64,000 bases of DNA from Myxococcota bacterium. GTDB taxonomy: Bacteria; Myxococcota_A; Polyangia; Nannocystales; Nannocystaceae. The stretch covers positions 128,001 through 192,000 of the forward strand of contig JBCCHT010000020.1 of NCBI GenBank assembly GCA_039028615.1. The letters run 5' to 3'. The position numbers and the translations under genes were made by a program. Positions 1 to 9,520 of this stretch are shown one piece after another. Under the pieces are notes generated by a model. The model was not told where the DNA came from and did no database searches. It was given only the letters and a program-made list of their open reading frames with translations. Every line of letters starts with the position of its first letter. Within the stretch, counting starts at the first letter, position 1.

Positions 1-1
1 C

Positions 2-1018
2 GACATCCCGCTCGAGGACCTCGACGTCACCGAAGACGAGGTCGCCGACGGACGCAGGCACCAGTTCATCGCGTTGTGCCGCGACCACGACCCCACCGAC
101 ATCCTGCCCGGCTGGCTCTCCGAAGCGGATGTCGCCGCGGCCGAAGCCCTGGGGCTCATCGATCTCGGCACGGTGAACGGAGACCAGATCCTCGACCTGT
201 CGACGCCGTGGCAGGGGTGCTTTTCCCGAATCACCGACGACGACGAGCGCCGACCGATCTCCTTTGCGTCCGCGGAGGAAGGCGTCGACTGGGACACGAC
301 CGACCTCGCCCCGGGGGCATGGTTCGTCGAAGGCTTCACCCACGACCCCCCGCTGAGCATCTGGTCGCCGCGCCCCGGGGTGGTCAAGGTCGTGGACGCA
401 CCCGAACTCGACGCCAGCGGCCCCGCGGCGGCCGTGCTCAACGGCGAGGAGGTCGTGGTCAGCGGCGAGCCGGTCGCCATCGAAGGCTGCATCAGCGCCA
501 TGGAGGGCACCGTGCTCGATCTGTCGTGGGTCGAAGTCGGCGAGTCGCGCTGGTCCACGCCCGTGCGGGGCGAAGTCGTTCGAGGCACGGAGTTCTCCAT
601 CGACCTGTTGCTGCCACCCGAGATGGCGGGACAGTCCGCCCGGGTTCGCATCGACGCCGAAGATCCAACCGGGCGCCAGACCACCGCGTATATGTCCGAG
701 TTCGTGCTCGTCTTGCCGCCCACGCCGGGTTGCGACGACGACTGCACGGGCACCGACGGCGGCGACGAGACCTCGGCCACCGACTCGGTCGACGACACGG
801 GCGACACCCCGTCGTCGACGACCGGCACCGATGGCCTCCCCGCCGACGAGTCGGGCCCGAACGCGGACACCGACTCCATCGGTTCTGCGGGATCGACAGC
901 CGCCGGAGACGACTCGAGCTCCGGCTGTGCGTGCCGAGCCGAGCCCGACCGCCCGTGGCTCGGACTCGCCTGGCTACTGCCACTCGCCGGCCTGCGACTA
1001 CGACGACGTCACCGCTGA
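2..1018 (+). CDS. MYXO-CTERM-sorted surface protein (5' partial)
   Basis: Frame is open from base 2; acidic Thr/Asp/Gly linker, then GCACRA, a hydrophobic stretch and an RRRHR tail. Confidence 0.8.
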   Translation, partial: DIPLEDLDVTEDEVADGRRHQFIALCRDHDPTDILPGWLSEADVAAAEALGLIDLGTVNGDQILDLSTPWQGCFSRITDDDERRPISFASAEEGVDWDTTDLAPGAWFVEGFTHDPPLSIWSPRPGVVKVVDAPELDASGPAAAVLNGEEVVVSGEPVAIEGCISAMEGTVLDLSWVEVGESRWSTPVRGEVVRGTEFSIDLLLPPEMAGQSARVRIDAEDPTGRQTTAYMSEFVLVLPPTPGCDDDCTGTDGGDETSATDSVDDTGDTPSSTTGTDGLPADESGPNADTDSIGSAGSTAAGDDSSSGCACRAEPDRPWLGLAWLLPLAGLRLRRRHR

Positions 1019-1088
1019 AACGAGCACGGGCCCGAGCGACACCAGGTCGCCCGAGCCCATGAGCATCGAGTCGAAGACACGAGCGTCG

Positions 1089-1601
1089 TCAACTACGACT
1101 GGGGTAGAGGCCTTCCAGCGCGATGATGAAGTTCAGCGCCAAGAATGGCTGCATGATGTTCACCGGCTGGTTCGCGCCCACATGGCCGACGGAGCTCGTG
1201 CCCATCTGTTCGGTGGCCGGCCCCGGATCGTAGATGGCGGCGGCATTGGCCGCGAGCACATTGCCCGTGGCCCGTTGATCGGTGCCGAGGTTGCCGTACG
1301 CGAACAACCCATGGGTATGCGACGGCATCTGATTGGTCGTGAGCGTCTCCGTCTCGTGACCCGTCTTCTGGCCGAGCTGCCGCGGCGTGAGGCCAGGGCC
1401 CGTTCCCTCGTGGATGGCCACTCGGCCCCGCATCTCGGGCAGACCGAAGGTGCTCACCCCGTCGCCACCGTAGGTCGTGCCGAGGATGGAGAACAGCGCG
1501 CTGTGGGAGCTGATCGCCAACAACTGCCCGTTGCACAGAGCCCAGCCCCGCGGTGCGAAGTTGCCAGCAAACATGAGTACGGTCCCGATGAATGGTTCCA
1601 C
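1089..1601 (-). CDS. Phage tail-collar domain protein (microcystin-dependent protein-like)
   Basis: EPFIGTVLMFAGNFAPRGWALCNGQLL...LFSILGTTYGGDG...QPFLALNFIIALEG signature; AGAGGGG RBS upstream. Confidence 0.9.
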   Translation of the reverse strand: MEPFIGTVLMFAGNFAPRGWALCNGQLLAISSHSALFSILGTTYGGDGVSTFGLPEMRGRVAIHEGTGPGLTPRQLGQKTGHETETLTTNQMPSHTHGLFAYGNLGTDQRATGNVLAANAAAIYDPGPATEQMGTSSVGHVGANQPVNIMQPFLALNFIIALEGLYPSRS

Positions 1602-1851
1602 TTGGTTTCTATCCCCTCTGCTCTTTCAATGGCCTTGTTGAAATGCCACTACGCTCGGGCAGTGTAACGGCAAGCGCCTCGGATCGAAGACCTCGTTCGA
1701 TTTCAGCGCCTTTCGATGATTCCCATCGACCGCACGCTGTTCCGTTCGACCTTTCGATCGATGGTTTTCAAATTGGGACCACCCTCTCCGTCGCGATTGC
1801 GACGAAGTCTCATCTTCATCGGGGGAAACCCGAGCGTGCTTTCGAACTCGA

Positions 1852-2799
1852 TCAGCGCTCGGACTGCGCTGCACCGGCCCACGCTGAAACCATCGTCAGC
1901 ACAGCCGCGATCCACACGAGCTGAGCGACGAGTAGGTGCACCAACTGCATCCACCCCGGTGCCGCCAAGCCGATGTTGAGCACCCCCATCACCACCTGCA
2001 AGACCACCGCATGCTGCAGGCCCTTGGCGATTCGCGGGCTCTGTGGGTCGCGGGCGTGCTCGCGAACCCACGCTGCGACCCCGTAGACCAACCCCGCGGC
2101 CACCACCGCGACCACGGGGTGAATGATGCGAAGCCGAATCAAGAAGTGCTTGGCCGCATCGAGGTCGTCGCGGACCCGCGCGAACAAATCCGTGCCCGTG
2201 TCGAGGTCCACGGGAAACAGCGTGTCGCCCAGGGCCGTGACCGCGCCCGTCAAGCTGGTCACGATGAGGCCGAGCAACGCCGCCGCGAGCAGCCACGTGC
2301 CGATGCCCAGCTTGCGCGGCGCCACGGGTCGCTCGTCGGTGCTCCACCACGCCGTGAGCGAGGCCGCCCCCGTGAGCAGCAGGGTGTTGACCAAGTGCAG
2401 CGCGATGACGATGGCCCGCGGCACGGAGTCGTCGTCGGCGACGAGCTCCTTCAGCACCAGGCCGGCCCCGATCGCGCCCTCGAACACGATGAACACCAGC
2501 GTGACCACGGCCGCGAGGGTGACCCGGCTCTTGCCGAAGCGAACCGCCGCCCATCCGAGCAAGCCCACGCCGAAGATCCCCAGCAGGCCGCTGGTGAGCC
2601 GATGGGTGAACTCGATGATCGTCTCGGTCGAGGGCTCGAGCGGGATGATCTGGCCGTGGCAGGTGGGCCAGTGCGAGCCGCAGCCCGCCCCCGAGTGCGT
2701 GATGCGAACCCACGCCCCGAACAAAATGACCAGCAGCAGGTAGGCGACGAACGCCCACGCGATACTCGAGAACCGGGACCGTTGAGCCATCGTGCGCAC
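1852..2799 (-). CDS. ctaA: Heme A synthase, COX15/CtaA family
   Basis: GAGCGSHWPTCHG, EFTHRL, conserved His residues, about 8 TM segments; start may be a few codons downstream. Confidence 0.85.
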   Translation of the reverse strand: MRTMAQRSRFSSIAWAFVAYLLLVILFGAWVRITHSGAGCGSHWPTCHGQIIPLEPSTETIIEFTHRLTSGLLGIFGVGLLGWAAVRFGKSRVTLAAVVTLVFIVFEGAIGAGLVLKELVADDDSVPRAIVIALHLVNTLLLTGAASLTAWWSTDERPVAPRKLGIGTWLLAAALLGLIVTSLTGAVTALGDTLFPVDLDTGTDLFARVRDDLDAAKHFLIRLRIIHPVVAVVAAGLVYGVAAWVREHARDPQSPRIAKGLQHAVVLQVVMGVLNIGLAAPGWMQLVHLLVAQLVWIAAVLTMVSAWAGAAQSER

Positions 2800-2807
2800 C
2801 CCGGTGG

Positions 2808-4199
2808 CTAGAAGGCGCAGCTATTGGGCGTGCGCGGGAACGGGATGACGTCGCGGATGTTCTGCATGCCCGTGGCGTACATGACCATCCGCTCGAAGCC
2901 GAGACCGAAGCCGGCGTGCGGCACGGTGCCGAAGCGCCGCGTGTCGAGGTACCACTGGTACTCTTCGAGCGGCAGCCCGGCCTCGGTGATGGTCTGGACG
3001 AGCACGTCGTGCCGCTCTTCTCGCTGCGAGCCGCCGATGAGCTCGCCGACCTGCGGCACCAGCAAGTCCATGGCCGCCACCGTGCGCTCGTCGTCGTTGC
3101 GACGCATATAGAACGCCTTGATCTCCTTGGGGTAGTCGGTCACGAAGACCGGGCGCCCCACCACCGTCTCGGTGAGATGGCGTTCGTGCTCGGCCTGGAG
3201 GTTGGCCCCGAAGAACACCGGGTACTCGAACTTCTGGCCGCTGGCCTCGAGCTTCTTGACCGCCTCGGCGTAGGTCATGCGCTCGAACTCGGAGTCGGCC
3301 ACGTGGCGCATGCGCTCGAGCAGGCCCTTTTGGATGCGCTTGTCGAAGAACTCCATGTCCTCGGGGCAGCGCTCGAGCACGGTGTTGATGAGGTGCCGGA
3401 CGAAGGCCTCCGCGAGGTTGCAGTCGTCCTCGAGGTCGTGGAAGGCCATCTCCGGCTCGATCATCCAGAACTCGGAGGCGTGCCGCGTGGTGTGGGAGTT
3501 CTCGGCGCGGAAGGTCGGGCCGAAGGTGTAGATGTCGGACATGCCCAGGGCGAAGGACTCGCCGGCCAGCTGGCCCGAGACGGTCAGGAAGGTGCTGCCG
3601 CCGAAGAAGTCCTTGCTCCAATCGATCTCGCCCTTGTCGGTGCGGGGCGGGTCGTTGGGATCGATGGTGCTCACCCGGAACAGCTCGCCCGCGCCCTCGG
3701 CATCGCTGCCCGTGATGATGGGCGTGTGCACGTAGACGAATCCGCGGTCCTGGAAGAAGCAGTGCACCGCGTGGGCGAGCACGCTGCGGACCCGGAACAC
3801 CGCGCCGTAGGTGTTGGTGCGGTTGCGCAGGTGAGCGATGGTCCGCAAGAACTCGAAGCCGTGGCGCTTCTTTTGCAGCGGGTAGTCGGGCTCGGCCTGA
3901 CCCAGCACCTCGATGGCCGTGGCCCGCAGCTCGACCGACTGCCCCTTGGCGGGCGACTCGACGAGCTGCCCGGTCACCGCCACCGCGGAGCCCGTGCCCA
4001 GCGCCCGAACCTCTTCGAGGTTGGCGACCTCGTCGCCGGCCACCACCTGAATGCCCGACATCGTCGAGCCATCGTTGACGTTGAGGAACGTGACCTGCTT
4101 GCTCGCGCGAACGGTCCGAAGCCAGCCTTTGATGATGATGCCCTCTTGCGGGGGTGCGAGAGTCATCACTTCCACGATGCGTCGGCGGGGGCCCTGCAT
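2808..4199 (-). CDS. asnS: Asparagine--tRNA ligase
   Basis: OB-fold N-terminus, LTVSGQL, GPTFRAENS, EFWMIEPE, GGSQREER, HAGFGLGFER; ATG at 4199 chosen. Confidence 0.96.
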   Translation of the reverse strand: MQGPRRRIVEVMTLAPPQEGIIIKGWLRTVRASKQVTFLNVNDGSTMSGIQVVAGDEVANLEEVRALGTGSAVAVTGQLVESPAKGQSVELRATAIEVLGQAEPDYPLQKKRHGFEFLRTIAHLRNRTNTYGAVFRVRSVLAHAVHCFFQDRGFVYVHTPIITGSDAEGAGELFRVSTIDPNDPPRTDKGEIDWSKDFFGGSTFLTVSGQLAGESFALGMSDIYTFGPTFRAENSHTTRHASEFWMIEPEMAFHDLEDDCNLAEAFVRHLINTVLERCPEDMEFFDKRIQKGLLERMRHVADSEFERMTYAEAVKKLEASGQKFEYPVFFGANLQAEHERHLTETVVGRPVFVTDYPKEIKAFYMRRNDDERTVAAMDLLVPQVGELIGGSQREERHDVLVQTITEAGLPLEEYQWYLDTRRFGTVPHAGFGLGFERMVMYATGMQNIRDVIPFPRTPNSCAF

Positions 4200-4275
4200 G
4201 GTGCGCGCAGCGTACCCCACGCGGGCCTTGGGTCAACCGTTTGCCGCCGCGGCCAATCCGTGGGACCAAGGAGCC

Positions 4276-5010
4276 GTGAGGCTGCCCCTCGTTCCCGATC
4301 CCGCGGGCGCTCTGCGGATCAACGAAGCCTTCGTCTCGATTCAGGGCGAAGGGCTCCTCGCGGGCACCCCCAGCACGTTCATCCGGGTCGCGGGCTGCAA
4401 CCTGCGTTGCGCCTGGTGCGACTCGCCCGCGTCGTCGTGGCGCCCCGAGGGGCAGCGGGTCCACCTGGACGCCATCGTCGAGGCTTGCGCCACCGGGCCG
4501 CGCCACGTGGTGCTGACGGGCGGGGAGCCGCTGCTCTTCGCCCCCATGGCCGAGCTGTCCCAGCGGCTGCACGCAGCGGGGCACCACCTCACCTTCGAGA
4601 CGGCCGGCACCGTGCTGTGTGACGGGGTCGCCTCCGACCTCATGTCGCTCAGCCCCAAGCTGCCGCACGCGACCCCCGACGATCCCACCTGGGGTCCGCG
4701 ACACGAGCAACGGCGCTGGCGACCCGATGTCCTGCGCTCGCTGATGGAGTTCCCGTGGCAGCTCAAGGTCGTGGTGCGGGCTCACGATCCCGAGCGCCTG
4801 CGCGATGACCTGGCCGAGGTCGATCGCATGGTGGAGACCCTGCAGATCGCCGACGTCGACCGCGGGCGGGTGCTGTTGATGCCGGAGTGCGTCGACCCAC
4901 ATCGGCTGGCCGCCGACTACGCCGCGCTCGTGCCCGTGTGCATCGAGCGAGGGTTCACCCTCGGACCCCGCTTACACATCGCGATCTTCGGTCATACGCC
5001 GGGGACGTGA
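4276..5010 (+). CDS. queE: 7-carboxy-7-deazaguanine synthase (radical SAM)
   Basis: SIQGEG, GCNLRCAWCD (CxxxCxxC), LTGGEP, ETAGT, SPKL, RLH; AAGGAG before GTG at 4276. Confidence 0.9.
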   Translation: MRLPLVPDPAGALRINEAFVSIQGEGLLAGTPSTFIRVAGCNLRCAWCDSPASSWRPEGQRVHLDAIVEACATGPRHVVLTGGEPLLFAPMAELSQRLHAAGHHLTFETAGTVLCDGVASDLMSLSPKLPHATPDDPTWGPRHEQRRWRPDVLRSLMEFPWQLKVVVRAHDPERLRDDLAEVDRMVETLQIADVDRGRVLLMPECVDPHRLAADYAALVPVCIERGFTLGPRLHIAIFGHTPGT

Positions 5011-5134
5011 GCGACCCCATGAGCCGTCGCCCGCCGCGCTCGCGCAGCGGAGTGTTTTACCGACGTTCACCTACGTTGCCGAGCCACCGCGTCAAAGGCA
5101 CGATGTGATCGCCTGCTTGGACTGGGAACGAACC

Positions 5135-6148
5135 ATGCTCTCGACCGACCGACGACGAACTCTCGCTTGCGCGATGCTCCTGGCCGCCGCGCCCTTGGCT
5201 TGCGGCGACGACAGCTCTGGAGACGACGCGGGTACGCCCGCCACGACCACGGGAGTCCCGAGCGGGAACGACGACGTCACCACGGCCGCCGATGCGGCCG
5301 GCACCACGACCACGGGCCCCGTCGACGGCACCACCAGCGGCACGACCACGACCGCGGGCAACGGCTCCTCGGGCAGTGACGACGGCCCCTCCGACGAGTC
5401 GACCGGCAACGGCATCATCTTCGACGTCGGCGGAGGCAAGTCCGAGACGGGCGGCGAGGGCATGTGTGACAACGCCCAGACCACGCTGCAGGCCACCATG
5501 CGTGACTTCGCCAGCAGCCACGTCGACATGGAGGTCTTCTGGGGCGGCGACGCCAGCACGGGCCTCGTGCTGCCCGTGCTCGGGGCCGACGGCACCCCCG
5601 ACTACAACCCCGCCGCTCCGCCGCCGCCTCCGGGCAGCTCGCCCACCCAGATCACGTCGATGGCCAGCTTTGCCCAGTGGTACCACGACACCCCGGACAT
5701 CAACGTCGCCGAGTCCATCGACATCGAGCTGACCGAGATGCCGCCGGGTTCGGGCGTGTTCGTGTTCGACGACCCGACCTTCTTCCCCCTCGACGGCATC
5801 GGCTGGAACGCCGCCCCCGGGCCCAACAACGAGACCTTCCCCGACACCCTGGGCGACCAGCACAACTTCCACTTCACCACCGAGATCCACACCAGCTTCA
5901 TCTACGAGCCGGGACAGGTCTTCACCTTCATCGGTGACGACGACCTGTGGGTGTTCATCGACGGTGACCTGGCCATCGACCTCGGCGGTCTGCACGGCGA
6001 ACTCGAGGGCTCGGTCGATCTCGACACCCTCGGCCTCGTCGACGGTGGGACCTACGACATGGACATCTTCCACGCCGAGCGCCGCCACAACGGCTCGCAC
6101 TTCCGCGTGGAGACCTCCATCTCCTGCTTCTTCCCGCCCGCGGGCTGA
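5135..6148 (+). CDS. Fibro-slime (PA14-like) domain lipoprotein
   Basis: Lipobox PLAC, Thr/Gly linker, FFPLD...HNFHFTTE...FIGDDDLWVFI...DLGGLH...FHAER. Confidence 0.88.
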   Translation: MLSTDRRRTLACAMLLAAAPLACGDDSSGDDAGTPATTTGVPSGNDDVTTAADAAGTTTTGPVDGTTSGTTTTAGNGSSGSDDGPSDESTGNGIIFDVGGGKSETGGEGMCDNAQTTLQATMRDFASSHVDMEVFWGGDASTGLVLPVLGADGTPDYNPAAPPPPPGSSPTQITSMASFAQWYHDTPDINVAESIDIELTEMPPGSGVFVFDDPTFFPLDGIGWNAAPGPNNETFPDTLGDQHNFHFTTEIHTSFIYEPGQVFTFIGDDDLWVFIDGDLAIDLGGLHGELEGSVDLDTLGLVDGGTYDMDIFHAERRHNGSHFRVETSISCFFPPAG

Positions 6149-6161
6149 CGCGACGCAACCG

Positions 6162-7250
6162 TCAGGCGCCCGGGTCGTGGCTGCCCGTGGCCGGCGGATC
6201 GGGCAGCTCGAGGCCGATGAAGATCCCATCGTCTTCGTCCTCGCTGCCGTCGTTCGCGTCGTAGCCCGGAAAGGGCGTGCCCGACAGGTCCATGGCTTCG
6301 GGACGCGGCCGCTGCAGGAGACCAGAATCGCCGCCGCGTGCGGCGGCTGCCGCTGCAGCAGCGGCCGCCGAGAACCCCTGGTCGACCGATGCGGCCGGAC
6401 GAGCACCCGAGCGCTCGGATCCTCCCGCCCGATTGCGTGACGGACCGGAATCTCGCTCTCCGGTGGGCATGCGATACGGCGCCGGTCGAGGCGTCACCAC
6501 CTCTTGCGTGTCCTCGGCGCTGAGCCACGTCCCGCTCGGCTCGTCGAACGACCCCGTGTCTTCGTCGGTGACGATCGCCTCGTGGTGCGGGCCCGAGGGC
6601 GGGTCCAGCGAGATCGAGTGGCGACCGGAGGGCTCGTGCTTGACGGGCTGCGGCCGCGGATGTGCCCCCGAGCGCTCGGTGGGGTTGGGCGGCATGCTCG
6701 ACACCCGAGCGTCGGCCGCCGCCGTGGCGCGCGACTTGGAGCTCCCGGAGCGATTGCGAGGCAGCGGCGCCCCGCTGTCGATGGGCTCATCGGACGCCGG
6801 GCCCTGCCCCAACTTCTCCGCCTCGGCCGCGACCGAGAACCCGCCTCCGGCGGGGGTCGGCACCGCCGCCTGGAACGACTTGGGCTGACACAGGCGCCAG
6901 AAGCGAATGGTCTTGGCGGTCGCCGCGGTCAGCCGCACCAGCTCGGCGTCGGACAAGCGCGGCAACAGATCGGTGAAGCGCTCCAGCGCCCGATCGACTT
7001 GAATAACTTGCTTGCGCAAATTCGTCGCGGTCGCGACGGGAACTTCTGCGAGGCGGGCGAGTTCCCCATCGGTGAGCCGCCCGAACAGATCGAGGTACGG
7101 CACCAGCCGATTCATCACATTGGAGGACTTCTTGTCGCGAAGCTCCTTGTCGCGGAGCTCGTCTCGGCTCACCCGAACCTGGCGCAACGCGATCGTGGCG
7201 AGGTGTGCCTCACCGCTCGTTCCCCCTGCCTCGTTGTCGCCGTCACCCAT
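6162..7250 (-). CDS. Hypothetical protein with two HTH-like repeats and a long disordered C-terminus
   Basis: Repeats YLDLFGRLTDGELARLAEV and FTDLLPRLSDAELVRLTAA; Pro/Ser/Ala-rich tail. Confidence 0.65.
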   Translation of the reverse strand: MGDGDNEAGGTSGEAHLATIALRQVRVSRDELRDKELRDKKSSNVMNRLVPYLDLFGRLTDGELARLAEVPVATATNLRKQVIQVDRALERFTDLLPRLSDAELVRLTAATAKTIRFWRLCQPKSFQAAVPTPAGGGFSVAAEAEKLGQGPASDEPIDSGAPLPRNRSGSSKSRATAAADARVSSMPPNPTERSGAHPRPQPVKHEPSGRHSISLDPPSGPHHEAIVTDEDTGSFDEPSGTWLSAEDTQEVVTPRPAPYRMPTGERDSGPSRNRAGGSERSGARPAASVDQGFSAAAAAAAAAARGGDSGLLQRPRPEAMDLSGTPFPGYDANDGSEDEDDGIFIGLELPDPPATGSHDPGA

Positions 7251-7437
7251 GGCGCTCAACCTGCCTTCACCCCACCACAACCGTAACACTCCAGGCCGGA
7301 GGTCCCCAAGCTTCGGGCGTCTGCGCGACCTCGCTCCACCGCCCGCAGACGACAGCGGAAAGAGCGCAGCAATCCCACCAAAAACAACGTCCCGACCCAG
7401 CTCGGGCGTTTTCCCGTGCAGCTGGTAGGCTCCTCGC

Positions 7438-7869
7438 GTGAGCTATGACTGGCTACGAGCGCTCCACATCATCTTCGTGGTGACGTGGTTTGCGGGCCTC
7501 TTCTACATCTTCCGCCTCTACGTCTATCACGTGGAAAACGAGGGCGACCGCTCGGTCACCAGCTTGCTCGAGACCATGGAGCGACGGCTCTACCGAGGGA
7601 TCTGTTGGCCGGCGATGGTGGCCACCACCACCTTCGGCGTGTGGCTGTGGTCGCTCCGCTTCAGCAGCTACCTTCAAAACGGGTGGTTCCACGTCAAGCT
7701 CACCGCCCTGGTGTTCTTGTTCGCCTACCATTTCTATGCCGGCAAGGTGCGCAAAGACCTCGCCGCCGGGCGCTGCAAACTGACCTCTCGCCAGTGTCGG
7801 TTCATCAACGAGGTGCCCACCCTCATCTTGTTCACCGTCGTCATCATGGCCGTGGTCAAGCCCTTCTGA
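7438..7869 (+). CDS. hemJ: Protoporphyrinogen IX oxidase HemJ
   Basis: ALHIIFVVTWFAGLFYIFRLYVYH, MERRL, WFHVKL, RFINEVPT, VVKPF. Confidence 0.93.
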   Translation: MSYDWLRALHIIFVVTWFAGLFYIFRLYVYHVENEGDRSVTSLLETMERRLYRGICWPAMVATTTFGVWLWSLRFSSYLQNGWFHVKLTALVFLFAYHFYAGKVRKDLAAGRCKLTSRQCRFINEVPTLILFTVVIMAVVKPF

Positions 7870-7874
7870 GTCCC

Positions 7875-8618
7875 ATGTTCGCGCTCCGCCACCTCGGGCC
7901 CCTGGCCTGCCTCGCCCTCGTCGCCGCGCTCGGCTGCACCGCGACCGAGAACGAGACCTGCGAGCTGACCTCCGATCAGCTCTCCGTCGTGGCCGAGGTC
8001 GTCGACAGCGGCTGGGACATCCGCGCCTCCATCGACTTCGAGAGCGGAGATCGGCAGGGCACCAACTCGCCCGTGCGCCTATGCGCCACCGACATCCTCA
8101 CCATCAACGGCCAGACGCCCATCGAGACCACCAAGGCCTCGAGCATCGAGTACCACCTCGACTGGGAGGCCGACGGCGAGCGCAGCGTGCAGTTTTCCAT
8201 CGAGCGGCAGTCCCTGGGTGAGGTCATCGACCTCGCCGTCGAGCTGCCGCCCACCTTCGAGATCGTCTCCCCCATGGACGACGACCCCCTCGACCGCACC
8301 AACGGACAGGCGCTCGAGTGGGAGCCGGCCAACCCCGACGGCACCATGCAGATCCGCCTGCACGAAGAGCTCGGCGGCGGCCAGTGCATCATCGACAGCG
8401 ACGAGCAGACCTACGAAGAAGCGGGCGGCGTCGGTGTGCCCGATACCGGCACCTGGACCATCGATGCTTCCGACCTGGGCAGCATGACCCCGCTGGCCTG
8501 CAACGTCACCATCGGCCTCACGCGGGTCAACCTGGGCGACTACCCCACCACCCTCGGTGGCGGCGGCCGCATCGAAGCCCGCACCGAACGCGAAGTCGAC
8601 GTCGCCGACACCGAGTAG
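7875..8618 (+). CDS. Hypothetical lipoprotein
   Basis: Signal peptide with ALGC lipobox; acidic beta-rich body. Confidence 0.75.
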   Translation: MFALRHLGPLACLALVAALGCTATENETCELTSDQLSVVAEVVDSGWDIRASIDFESGDRQGTNSPVRLCATDILTINGQTPIETTKASSIEYHLDWEADGERSVQFSIERQSLGEVIDLAVELPPTFEIVSPMDDDPLDRTNGQALEWEPANPDGTMQIRLHEELGGGQCIIDSDEQTYEEAGGVGVPDTGTWTIDASDLGSMTPLACNVTIGLTRVNLGDYPTTLGGGGRIEARTEREVDVADTE

Positions 8619-8718
8619 AGCCCTCGGTAACCCCTCCTCGACGCCTCGCGCGACGGACGCGGATACGGCGGTCCCGGGGTGTTTGCCGTCGCCCGAGCAC
8701 TGCTGCAAAGTGCCGGGC

Positions 8719-9165
8719 ATGCGCCTGCCCCAGCGCGGAGTCCTGATCCGCCTGTTCATCTACATCCCGCTCATCGGCTTCTTCGGCTGGCGTGCGTGGA
8801 CGGCTGGCTGCGCCCCCGACACGATCGAGGCCGAGCCCCAGCCCTCCATGGAAGACCGGCTCGCGCCGCATCGCAAGACGATCACGCTGCCCGACGGCAC
8901 CCAGCAGGACATCGTCGAGCTCACGCCCCAAGAGGCCGAGGCCATCCTCGGGCACCCGATCCCCGAAAAGCTCGACGGCGACGCGCCCAAGGCCAAAGCA
9001 GCCGCGCCCGACCCGGCCGCCGCCGATGCCAAAGCCGCAGCCGACCCCGCCACGGCCGATCCCGGCGGTGAACCGGACGACGCCAAACCCGGGGACGCAG
9101 CCGCCAAGGCGGAAGCCAACGCCCAACCAGGGGCCACCGCCGACCCGGCACCGGCCGGCGATTGA
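8719..9165 (+). CDS. Hypothetical membrane-anchored protein
   Basis: N-terminal TM (LIRLFIYIPLIGFFGW), Ala/Pro/Asp-rich tail. Confidence 0.65.
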   Translation: MRLPQRGVLIRLFIYIPLIGFFGWRAWTAGCAPDTIEAEPQPSMEDRLAPHRKTITLPDGTQQDIVELTPQEAEAILGHPIPEKLDGDAPKAKAAAPDPAAADAKAAADPATADPGGEPDDAKPGDAAAKAEANAQPGATADPAPAGD

Positions 9166-9199
9166 CGGCGAGCGGTCGATCGCCCAGGCTCTTCCCCGC

Positions 9200-9520
9200 A
9201 TGGAACGCGGACACTTCGGTACGCTGTCCTCCAAGGCTCTGGAGCACATCGACGAGACCCTCGGAGACCTCGAGCACGAGCGGCTCGACGTCGACTTGGC
9301 CGGTGACGTGCTCACCTTGGACTTCGCCGACGGCGGCAAGTTCATCATCAATGCCCACAGCGCCGCCGGGCAGATCTGGATGGCCGCGGGTACCACCGCC
9401 TGGCATTTCGACTACGACGACGCCAGCGGCACTTGGATCGCCAGCAAGACCGGCGACGAGCTCATGGCCACCGTCGCCCGCACCGTGAGCGAGCGCCTGG
9501 GCGAGACCGTCACGCTATGA
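9200..9520 (+). CDS. cyaY: Iron donor protein CyaY (frataxin family)
   Basis: GDVLTLDFADGGKFIINAHSAAGQIWMAA...HF. Confidence 0.9.
   Translation: MERGHFGTLSSKALEHIDETLGDLEHERLDVDLAGDVLTLDFADGGKFIINAHSAAGQIWMAAGTTAWHFDYDDASGTWIASKTGDELMATVARTVSERLGETVTL

Noticed and set aside
1089..1601. Prophage or tailocin
   Set aside because: No other phage structural, lysis or integrase genes in the window
4276..5010. QueE as part of a 7-deazaguanine DNA-modification or defence island
   Set aside because: Housekeeping context next to asnS; no dpdA, queC or qat genes seen
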